Assembly: GCA_964536105.1 (NCBI GenBank) | Contig: CAZHWB010000021.1 | Coordinates: 1 to 11,141, forward strand | Direction of reading: 5' to 3' | DNA length: 11,141 bases | From: an uncultured Aquificales bacterium | GTDB taxonomy: Bacteria; Aquificota; Aquificia; Aquificales; Hydrogenothermaceae | Shown here: one piece after another, positions 1-6,672 of the stretch | Numbering within the stretch: the first letter of the stretch is position 1 | How the letters are laid out: every line of letters begins with the position of its first letter | Notes under the pieces: model-generated | The model's input: only the letters and a program-made list of their open reading frames with translations | Told to the model about the DNA's origin: nothing | Database searches by the model: none | Position numbers and translations under genes: made by a program

Positions 1-998
1 TCATCTGGAAAATAATCCATCAATGTGTATGGTGGTTCTCCAGGTTTTCTACCGTCAAAATATCTTGAGTAATTTTCTATCCCTTTACATGTTCCAAGCT
101 CTAACATCATTTCAATATCATAATTTGTTCTCTGCCATAATCTATTGGCTTCTATCTCTTTCCCAGCTTTTCTGAATTCTTCTACTTCTTTTTCAAGGTC
201 TATCTGGATTTGTTTGATAGCTTCAACCATATCAGGCCGTGGTATTACATAATGGCTGGCTGGAAAGATAACTGTAGTATTTAATTTTTGTTTTATATCC
301 CTATTAAAAAGGTTAAGTTCTGTGATGCTTTCTATTTCATCTGCGAAGAATTCAATTCTTAAAATTCTGTCTTCTGTGTGGGAAGGTATTACTTCTACTG
401 TATCTCCTTTTACCCTGAAAGTTCCTCTTTTGAAAGAAAAATCATCTCTGACGTATTGAAGTTCTACAAGCCTTTTCAGGAGGGTCTGTCTGTCAATTTC
501 CTGACCTACATAAAGATGAAGTCTTAGTTTTTCATAAAATTCAGGGGTTCCAAGTCCGTAGATACATGAAACTGAAGCAACAACAATAGTGTCAGGTCGT
601 TCTATCAGGCTTTTTGTAGCAGAGTGTCTTAATCTGTCTATTGCATCATTAATTGAACTGTCTTTTTCAATATAAAGGTCTTTTTCAGGAACGTAAGCCT
701 CAGGCTGGTAGTAATCGTAATAAGAAACAAAATACTCAACTGCGTTTTCAGGAAAAAGCTCTTTTAGTTCCCTGTAGAGCTGTGCTGCCAGAGTTTTATT
801 GTGGGTAAGCACAAGGGTTGGTTTTCCATACTTTTCTATAACATTTGCTATGGTAAAAGTTTTTCCTGTCCCTGTTGCTCCAAGCAAAACCTGTTCTTTA
901 ACTCCATGTTTAAGGTTTTCATAAAGTTCTTTTATCGCCTTTGGCTGGTCCCCTGCAGGTTCAAAGGGTTTTTTTATATTAAAAGGGCTTTTTGCCAT
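1..998 (-). CDS. uvrB: Excinuclease ABC subunit B (UvrB), N-terminal ~332 aa; the C-terminal part continues beyond the window start
   Basis: Reverse-strand translation from the ATG at 996-998 gives [53 protein letters not shown]...[19 protein letters not shown].... This contains the Walker A motif (GATGTGKT) and the hallmark UvrB blocks, and is collinear with the E. coli UvrB N-terminus. An AAGGAG Shine-Dalgarno sits 7 nt upstream of the ATG, at 1003-1008 on the complement. No stop codon is reached before coordinate 1. Confidence 0.95.
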   Translation of the reverse strand, partial: MAKSPFNIKKPFEPAGDQPKAIKELYENLKHGVKEQVLLGATGTGKTFTIANVIEKYGKPTLVLTHNKTLAAQLYRELKELFPENAVEYFVSYYDYYQPEAYVPEKDLYIEKDSSINDAIDRLRHSATKSLIERPDTIVVASVSCIYGLGTPEFYEKLRLHLYVGQEIDRQTLLKRLVELQYVRDDFSFKRGTFRVKGDTVEVIPSHTEDRILRIEFFADEIESITELNLFNRDIKQKLNTTVIFPASHYVIPRPDMVEAIKQIQIDLEKEVEEFRKAGKEIEANRLWQRTNYDIEMMLELGTCKGIENYSRYFDGRKPGEPPYTLMDYFPD

Positions 999-1066
999 TT
1001 TGACTCCTTTTAAGAAAATCTTCAGGAAAAATAAAATATTTTCTATTTTTCTTTTTATCAATTCTT

Positions 1067-1095
1067 TTGTTGTTATTTTTTTTAACTGGTATAAA
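1067..1095 (+). promoter_or_regulatory. Candidate sigma70-type promoter for the radical SAM gene: -35 TTGTTG (1067-1072), 17-nt spacer, extended -10 TGgTATAAA (1087-1095). It lies in a 120-nt AT-rich divergent intergenic region shared with uvrB.
   Basis: Hexamer match and spacing read directly from the sequence, followed by an AGAGGG Shine-Dalgarno at 1109-1114 and the ATG at 1120. A uvrB promoter on the other strand probably sits in the same 999-1119 region but is not resolved. Confidence 0.35.
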
Positions 1096-1119
1096 CTATT
1101 TTGAAAAAAGAGGGTTTTG

Positions 1120-2019
1120 ATGAGATATATATTTGGACCTGTTTATTCCCGTAGGTTTGGTATTTCACTTGGGATAGACCTATCCCCAGATAAAAAAAGG
1201 TGTAATTTTGATTGTCTGTATTGTGAGCTTGATAGATCAAAACCTGTTGACAGTTATGATAATCCTCCAGATCCTGGGGAGATTTTCAGGGAACTTAAAG
1301 GTTTTCTGGAAAAAAATCCTGAGCCGGATGTTATAACAATAACATCTAATGGTGAGCCAACCCTTTATCCTTACCTTGATTCCCTTATAACAATGGTAAA
1401 CAGTATAAAGAACTCCTCAAAAACCCTTATACTTTCAAACGGTTCTACCATTTATAAAGAAGAGATACAAAAAACATTAAAAAAATTTGATATTGTAAAG
1501 ATTTCCCTTGATGCTGTTTCACAGCAGATTTTTAAAAAGATTGACAGACCCCACAGCGGTATTTCATTGGAAAAAATTTTAGAAGGATTAAAAAGCTTCA
1601 GGGAGGATTTTAAAGGAAAGCTAATTATAGAGATACTGGTTGTTAAATATGTAAATGACAAAGAGGAGTATATAAAGGAAATAGGGGAGGTTTTAAAAGA
1701 TATAAAACCAGACAGAGTTGATATAGGAACTGTTGATAGACCACCAGCTTATAGGGTTTTCCCGGTGTCCAATGAAAAGCTTTATTATCTTGCTTCTCTT
1801 TTGAAAGGTTTTAATGTGAATGTCGTTGAAAGAAGATATGAAAAAACATTTGAATATGACATTTCCCGGGAAGATATCATAAAAACCCTTTCAAAAAGAC
1901 CTTTAACCAAGGAGGATGTAGAAAATACCTTCTCACTTGAAACAAAGAAAAGGCTCCAGCAGCTTTTAGAAGAAGGTAAAGTTAAGCATAAAAACGGCTT
2001 TTTCTTAATAACAGATTAA
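1120..2019 (+). CDS. Radical SAM domain protein with a minimal three-Cys architecture, resembling the COG0731 / TYW1-like Fe-S oxidoreductase family. Function unknown.
   Basis: The ORF translates as M(M)[36 protein letters not shown].... CNFDCLYC is a canonical CxxxCxxC radical SAM cluster motif, preceded by the GPVxSRRxGxSLGI block typical of COG0731-like enzymes. There are no further Cys, so no SPASM or auxiliary cluster. The ORF track starts at the TTG at 1117; the ATG at 1120 with a 5-nt spacer to AGAGGG is the more likely start. Confidence 0.85.
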   Translation: MRYIFGPVYSRRFGISLGIDLSPDKKRCNFDCLYCELDRSKPVDSYDNPPDPGEIFRELKGFLEKNPEPDVITITSNGEPTLYPYLDSLITMVNSIKNSSKTLILSNGSTIYKEEIQKTLKKFDIVKISLDAVSQQIFKKIDRPHSGISLEKILEGLKSFREDFKGKLIIEILVVKYVNDKEEYIKEIGEVLKDIKPDRVDIGTVDRPPAYRVFPVSNEKLYYLASLLKGFNVNVVERRYEKTFEYDISREDIIKTLSKRPLTKEDVENTFSLETKKRLQQLLEEGKVKHKNGFFLITD

Positions 2020-2119
2020 GAACTTATAAAATAAAACGCTGTTTGATAAAAATCATAAAAGGTATATTCCTGATAATTTAAAATCATACCCAATCAAATC
2101 AAAACCGTAGGAGGTTAGC

Positions 2120-2623
2120 ATGGCAGTAACAGTTAATTTAAAAGGAAATCCTGTTGCATTGGCAGGACCAGAATTAAACGTTGGAGACAGAGCTCCAGAA
2201 GCTGTAGTTGTAGCTTCAGATCTTTCTGAAAAAACAATCGGTGGGGCAAAAGGAAAACCACAATTAATTATCACTGTTCCTTCTTTAGACACACCTGTTT
2301 GTGAAACAGAAACTAAAAAATTCAATGAGATTGTTGCAGGACTTGATATTGACGTAACAGTTGTTTCAATGGACCTTCCTTTTGCTGAAAAGAGATTTTG
2401 TGAATCTTTCAATATTGAAAATGTAACAGTAGCTTCAGACTTTAGATACAGAGATATGGAAAAATACGGAGTTCTCATTGCTGAGGGTGCTTTAAAGGGT
2501 ATCCTTGCAAGGGCTGTATTTGTTGTTGATGCTGAAGGAAAAATTGTTTACAAACAGCTTGTTCCTGAAATCACAGAAGAACCTAACTATGATGATGTTC
2601 TTTCTTGTGTAAAATCTCTATAA
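2120..2623 (+). CDS. tpx: Thiol peroxidase (atypical 2-Cys peroxiredoxin, Tpx family)
   Basis: 167 aa. The peroxidatic Cys sits in SLDTPVCETE (C61) and the resolving Cys in RFCESF (C95); length and spacing are typical of Tpx. A strong GGAGG Shine-Dalgarno (2110-2114) lies 5 nt before the ATG, and the gene is followed immediately by a hairpin terminator. Confidence 0.92.
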   Translation: MAVTVNLKGNPVALAGPELNVGDRAPEAVVVASDLSEKTIGGAKGKPQLIITVPSLDTPVCETETKKFNEIVAGLDIDVTVVSMDLPFAEKRFCESFNIENVTVASDFRYRDMEKYGVLIAEGALKGILARAVFVVDAEGKIVYKQLVPEITEEPNYDDVLSCVKSL

Positions 2624-2628
2624 ATAAA

Positions 2629-2653
2629 AACCCCGCTTAAGCGGGGTTTTTTA
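2629..2653. terminator. Bidirectional rho-independent terminator shared by convergent tpx (+) and the SPFH gene (-)
   Basis: aaCCCCGCttaaGCGGGGtt gives a perfect 8-bp GC-rich stem (2629-2636 / 2641-2648) with a 4-nt loop, flanked by an A-run upstream and a T-run downstream (TTTTTTATT, 2647-2655). It therefore reads as stem plus U-tract on both strands. The SPFH stop codon (2651-2653) lies in the T-tract. Confidence 0.8.
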
Positions 2654-3406
2654 TTCTTTATTTCCTTTTAAAGAATTTATCAGATCTAAAACTTCCGTTG
2701 GAAATGGAAATACAATTGTTTTTGTCCCCTTTTGACCAATGTTATTAAGGGTTTCCAGATATCTAAGCTGTATTGCAAGGGGTTGTTTAGACAGCATATC
2801 TGCAGCCTCAACAAGTTTTTCAGCAGCCTGATATTCTGCTTCTGCTGATATAATCTTGGCTCTTCTTTCCCTTTCTGCTTCAGCCTGTTTTGCCATTGCT
2901 TTTACAAGCTCTTCAGGTAGGTCAATCCTTTTAAGTTCAACAGCTACAACTTTAACTCCCCATGCATCTGTTTCCCTATCTATAATTTCCTGCAGTTTCA
3001 TATTTATCTTGTCCCTCTGGGATAGAAGTTCATCAAATTCTGCCTGTCCACAAACACTTCTTAATGTTGTTTGTGCTATCTGTGATGTTGCGTAGATATA
3101 ATCCTCAACATTGACTATAGCCTTCACAGGATCAACAACCCTAAAATAAACAACAGCATCAACCTTAACAGGGACGTTATCCTTCGTTATAATGTCCTGT
3201 GTAGGAACATCAAGGGTAACTACCCTTAGAGAAACCTTAACCATTTTATCTATCACTGGAATAAGAATTATAAGGCCGGGACCTTTTGCTCCTATAACCC
3301 TCCCAAGACGGAATATAACTCCCCTTTCATACTCAGGGAGTATTTTAATGGCAGAGGCTAAAAATATCACAAGTAAGACAAGAAAAACAATAACTGAAGG
3401 TGCCAT
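2651..3406 (-). CDS. SPFH / band-7 (stomatin/prohibitin-like, slipin) membrane protein. The start is assigned to the internal Met with a strong Shine-Dalgarno; the maximal ORF extends to 3511.
   Basis: The translation contains one N-terminal hydrophobic segment followed by ...[16 protein letters not shown]..., the signature entry into the SPFH domain. A long C-terminal coiled-coil ([27 protein letters not shown]) follows. GAGGAG (complement of 3413-3418) sits 6 nt upstream of the ATG at 3404-3406. The longer ORF starting at 3511 adds 35 aa ([20 protein letters not shown]...) but has only a weak AAGGG upstream. Confidence 0.85.
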   Translation of the reverse strand: MAPSVIVFLVLLVIFLASAIKILPEYERGVIFRLGRVIGAKGPGLIILIPVIDKMVKVSLRVVTLDVPTQDIITKDNVPVKVDAVVYFRVVDPVKAIVNVEDYIYATSQIAQTTLRSVCGQAEFDELLSQRDKINMKLQEIIDRETDAWGVKVVAVELKRIDLPEELVKAMAKQAEAERERRAKIISAEAEYQAAEKLVEAADMLSKQPLAIQLRYLETLNNIGQKGTKTIVFPFPTEVLDLINSLKGNKE

Positions 3407-3558
3407 ACCTAGCTCCTCTATATACTTTATTCCTTCAAAAAATATGTCTGGACCTAAAGCAACAACAATATATATTCCTATAAATATAAGAACAGGTAAA
3501 AATCTACCCATGGAACAGACCCTTTTTTAGATTTTTTCTTAAAATAACCACTTTTTTT

Positions 3559-3593
3559 GAAAAAGAAAAGACCTGTCAGTATGTTTGACAGGT
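3559..3593 (-). terminator. Rho-independent terminator of the long minus-strand operon (after the PAS-MCP-like gene)
   Basis: ACCTGTCA (3571-3578) and TGACAGGT (3586-3593) form a perfect 8-bp stem with a 7-nt loop. On the minus strand this is followed by CTTTTCTTTTTC (complement of 3559-3570). The hairpin overlaps the stop codon and last five codons of the upstream CDS. Confidence 0.7.
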
Positions 3594-4952
3594 TGTGTTT
3601 ATACTGGAAAGATGTTTCTTTATTTTTTCAAGATAATTTGATATTTTCTGAATACCCATGTATATCTTCTTGTTTTCATCTATAACCTCTATAAGAGGGT
3701 TACTTATCTCTGTAACTATTCCCCTTGTTGAATCTACAAGTTTGTTTACCTCTGTAAATATGATTGAAAAACTTGTTTCTGTCTGATGGGCGGATTCAAC
3801 CATTCCGTTTAGGTATAAAAATTCCAACCTCTTTATAAGTATTTTCAGTTTTTTTATATCTTCGCTTATATCATTTAAAAGCTTATTTAATGCATGGGAA
3901 AGTTTTAAGTCCTCCTGGGAAGATTGATCAAGTAAGTACATAAGATCGCATAGGCTCTGTTCTGAAGAACTCGCCATATCTGCTGAAAGCATCTCGCTTA
4001 GAAACTGGGTTATAGTGAGTATTTCCAGTTTTGAGATGCTTATAGAATCTACTATTTTTTGTAATACGTATGAAATTTCATCTGTTGTATTTTTCATTTC
4101 TTCAATGATTTTATTTCCAATTTCAGAGTTTTTCCTCATTTCTGCCGATAATACCGAGAAGGAGGTTCCTTCACTTCCAAGTTTAAATGATTCAACAGAT
4201 GAATTCAGGGATATAAGCCTGATATTGTCTGTAAGGTTGAATATATATTCTGATTTTTCCTTTAGTATCTTCCCAAATCTTTCAAGCTTGTCTATTTTTG
4301 AGTAAATATTGTCGTATATACTATCAATATCTTTGCTGTATTTAAAAACAGCATATATAGCTTTTGAAAATTCATCACTTGGGTATATGTCCACTGTTTT
4401 AATCTTCAAATGTTCCCATTTAGACAAAATCTCTTCTCTTAAAACAGAATACATAAACTCATCGTAATTTTTAAATCCAAGCTTCTCCAGCTCTTCATTT
4501 AAAGAGCTTAAAGCATCATCTACTCCAAATTTTCTCTCAATGTCAAGGAGCTTTTTGTAGAGGGCAGGGATAACTTTGAAGTATTCACTTGTTGGTTTTA
4601 CCCTGATTGAAAGGTACTTTTTTATTTTTCCATCTTTTCCAATGATAGGAAGGACAAGGGCGACAACCCAATAGTAAGAACCGTCTTTTGCCATATTTTT
4701 TACGTACGCAATGATAGGTTTTTTATTTTTTATGTAATCCCACAGAAGTTTAAATACCGTTTTCGGCATATCTGGATGTCTTACTATGTTGTGGGGCTGT
4801 CCTATAAGTTCTTCTGGTGGGTATTTTGCTATTTTATAAAATACCTTATTTCCAGATAGTATAATGCCTTTTGTATCTGTGCTTGAAAAAAATATCTCAT
4901 CTACATTGAATTTTGCCTCAACATTTTTAGGCTGAACTTTTGCTACTCTCAC
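3576..4952 (-). CDS. Soluble sensor protein: N-terminal Aer-type (FAD-binding-like) PAS domain fused to a divergent methyl-accepting chemotaxis protein (MCP)-like signalling (coiled-coil hairpin) domain. No transmembrane segment.
   Basis: The N-terminal ~120 aa are ...FFSSTDTKGIILSGNKVFYKIAKYPPEELIGQPHNIVRHPDMPKTVFKLLWDYIKNKKPIIAYVKNMAKDGSYYWV.... This matches the Aer PAS signature (GQPHNMVRHPDMP...GxxWxGxVKNRxKxGxxYWV) almost motif-for-motif. The C-terminal region NIRLISLNSSVESFKLGSEGTSFSVLSAEMRKNSE aligns with the MCP hairpin-tip consensus [35 protein letters not shown] but is degenerate. The ORF track starts at the GTG at 4958. The GTG at 4950-4952 is preferred because GGGGAG (complement of 4960-4965) is then 7 nt upstream. 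The CDS overlaps the 3' end of the SNF2 gene by 26-32 nt. Confidence 0.8.
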   Translation of the reverse strand: MRVAKVQPKNVEAKFNVDEIFFSSTDTKGIILSGNKVFYKIAKYPPEELIGQPHNIVRHPDMPKTVFKLLWDYIKNKKPIIAYVKNMAKDGSYYWVVALVLPIIGKDGKIKKYLSIRVKPTSEYFKVIPALYKKLLDIERKFGVDDALSSLNEELEKLGFKNYDEFMYSVLREEILSKWEHLKIKTVDIYPSDEFSKAIYAVFKYSKDIDSIYDNIYSKIDKLERFGKILKEKSEYIFNLTDNIRLISLNSSVESFKLGSEGTSFSVLSAEMRKNSEIGNKIIEEMKNTTDEISYVLQKIVDSISISKLEILTITQFLSEMLSADMASSSEQSLCDLMYLLDQSSQEDLKLSHALNKLLNDISEDIKKLKILIKRLEFLYLNGMVESAHQTETSFSIIFTEVNKLVDSTRGIVTEISNPLIEVIDENKKIYMGIQKISNYLEKIKKHLSSINTTCQTY

Positions 4953-6618
4953 TTCCACTCTCCCCTGAAATTTTTAAATCAAGTAAATTAGCTAAGTCAT
5001 TGAGACTTAAAATCTCATCCTCTTTATTATCGATATCATCAATAACATTTTCAATCAATTTTTTCTTTTCTTCAAGTTTTTGTAAAATTTTTTCTTCAAT
5101 GGTGCCTTTCATCACAAGATTGTATATATTTACCCTTTTTGTTTGTCCTATCCTGTGTATCCTGTCTTCAGCCTGCCAGATTTTAGCAGGGTTCCAATGA
5201 AGATCAAAAAAAACGGCATAACTTGCCTGTGTAAGGGTTAATCCTTCCCCTGCTGATGTAATTGTTCCAATAAAAATATATTTTTTGGGATTGTTCTGGA
5301 AGTTTTCTACAGCCTTTCTTTTTTCCTCGTGGGACATCTTCCCGTGGTATACAACAATATACTCAGGATTTATATACATTTTTAAATTTTTTACAATCTT
5401 TTCCAGACCCTCTTTAACAAAATTTGTAAAAACAACAACCTTTTCCTCATTTTTTATCAGTTCAAGGATTATCTCCCTTAATCTATACATCTTAGGACTT
5501 TCTATACTTTTTGAAGGGAAGTTACATATCTGTCTTAATTTCTGTATCGCAGATATGATATTCTGCTTCATTATAAAGTTAAAGTTTTTCTGGTCTTTAT
5601 ATCTGTCTACCAGGGAGTTTAATCTTTCAGTTTCTTTCCCAAGGATGTACTCATACTCATTTTTTTGAATAGGTGTTAACTCTAGTTTTTCAACTTCCGG
5701 TGGAAGTTTTTCAGGAAGCTGGGATAAAACATCCCTTTTTAATCTTCTAAGCATAACAGGTTTTATAAGCTCCTTTGCTTCATCTGGGGATATGCTTCCT
5801 TTTATCTCCCTATCTGGAAATAAAAAGGAGTATATAGACAAAAGTTCTTTCAGATTATTCTGAAGGGGAGTTCCACTTAATGCCCATCTGTACTTTGCAA
5901 ATCTGCTGATAAACCTTACAGCTTTGCTTTTTTTAGCATCTGGATTTTTTATGTTGTGGGCTTCATCTAACAGGATAATATCAAGGTCTTCCGCAAATTT
6001 TTTTAACATCTGCTTTTCAAATTTATAATCGTTTTTTAAGGTGTCGTAACTTATTAGATAAACGTGGCTTTTTACCTTCCATAAAACTTTTCTACCCTCC
6101 TTTGTATCCCTTACTGTTATAAACTGTATTTCTGGTGCCCATTTTTTCAGGTGTTCTTCCCATACTGTAATTAAGTTTGAAGGAACAACAATAAGGGCCT
6201 TCTTTACTTCCCCTTTTATAAAAAGGATACGGAGGGCTGTTGTTGACTGGACGGTTTTTCCGGTTCCCATCTGGTCAGCTAAAAGTGCAGATTTGTTTGA
6301 TATTAAAAACTTTATCCCCTGAACCTGATATGGAAAAAGCTCTGAAGGAAATGAAAGTTCCTGTGGAAGGTCAAAATCAATCTCAGGCATTAAAACAGGA
6401 ATAAGGATATCAAAAATAGAAAGGTTTTTAATATTCTCTTTTTTTCTTGATTTTTTCTCTTTTAGCTGGGATATATTAAAACCTTCCTCTTTTTTAAATC
6501 TCTTTCCTAATATTCTGAAATCAGGTATATCTTTAAGGAGGTTATTTGAGGTTTTTATAATATCCCTTTCACGGAAAAGCAGGCTTCCCTTTTCATCTAT
6601 AATGGAAATACCAATCAT
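4927..6618 (-). CDS. SNF2/Swi2-family (SF2) ATP-dependent helicase / DNA translocase, compact 563-aa form with a ~95-aa lysine-rich N-terminal extension
   Basis: All core SNF2 motifs are readable: Q-region LFPYQVQGIKFL, motif I LADQMGTGKT, motif II DEAH (LLDEAHNIKN), motif III LSGTPLQNN, and motif VI LHWNPAKIWQAEDRIHRIGQ. The ATG at 6616-6618 is preceded by an AGAGGA Shine-Dalgarno with a 5-nt spacer. The acidic, Ser-rich C-terminal tail (GESGSESSKSSA) overlaps the start of the PAS gene. Confidence 0.9.
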   Translation of the reverse strand: MIGISIIDEKGSLLFRERDIIKTSNNLLKDIPDFRILGKRFKKEEGFNISQLKEKKSRKKENIKNLSIFDILIPVLMPEIDFDLPQELSFPSELFPYQVQGIKFLISNKSALLADQMGTGKTVQSTTALRILFIKGEVKKALIVVPSNLITVWEEHLKKWAPEIQFITVRDTKEGRKVLWKVKSHVYLISYDTLKNDYKFEKQMLKKFAEDLDIILLDEAHNIKNPDAKKSKAVRFISRFAKYRWALSGTPLQNNLKELLSIYSFLFPDREIKGSISPDEAKELIKPVMLRRLKRDVLSQLPEKLPPEVEKLELTPIQKNEYEYILGKETERLNSLVDRYKDQKNFNFIMKQNIISAIQKLRQICNFPSKSIESPKMYRLREIILELIKNEEKVVVFTNFVKEGLEKIVKNLKMYINPEYIVVYHGKMSHEEKRKAVENFQNNPKKYIFIGTITSAGEGLTLTQASYAVFFDLHWNPAKIWQAEDRIHRIGQTKRVNIYNLVMKGTIEEKILQKLEEKKKLIENVIDDIDNKEDEILSLNDLANLLDLKISGESGSESSKSSA

Positions 6619-6672
6619 CTTTTTCCTCTTTTTGAAGGTTTTAAAGACTTTTCGGTATTTAAAATAAAAAAA

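Noticed and set aside
801-1013. 70-aa plus-strand ORF
   Set aside because: It lies entirely antisense to the well-supported uvrB N-terminus. The translation is Cys/Phe-rich low-complexity sequence with no Shine-Dalgarno.
1452-1661. 69-aa minus-strand ORF inside the radical SAM gene
   Set aside because: Antisense shadow ORF; low-complexity S/I/F-rich translation.
2020-2119. Short tandem AATCA-AATCA-AAA repeat and possible promoter upstream of tpx
   Set aside because: The repeat is too short to distinguish from chance in AT-rich DNA. The candidate -35/-10 hexamers (TTGATA / TATATT) have a 14-nt spacer, so I made no confident promoter call.
2053-2478. 141-aa minus-strand ORF overlapping tpx
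   Set aside because: It is antisense to a strongly supported tpx gene that has a perfect Shine-Dalgarno and terminator. The translation is S/T-rich with no recognisable motif.
2856-3530. Plus-strand ORFs 2856-3095 and 3192-3530
   Set aside because: Both are antisense to the SPFH gene. The translations are Ser/Thr/Ile-rich shadow frames.
3576-4952. Calling the PAS protein a canonical methyl-accepting chemotaxis receptor (e.g. aer)
   Set aside because: It has no transmembrane or HAMP segments, and its signalling hairpin is strongly degenerate. Only the PAS half is Aer-like, so a gene symbol would over-claim.
4015-5668. Plus-strand ORFs 4015-4305, 4940-5200 and 5285-5668
   Set aside because: They are antisense to the PAS-MCP-like and SNF2 genes. 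The F/S/I-rich translations are typical of the reverse frame of K/E-rich AT-rich genes.
3576-6618. Zorya- or DISARM-like defence system because of the SNF2 helicase
   Set aside because: The obligatory partners are not present in the window: ZorA/ZorB MotAB-like proteins and ZorC for Zorya; DrmA/B/C/MIII for DISARM. The SNF2 protein also has no fused nuclease domain. I kept it only as a loose analogy.
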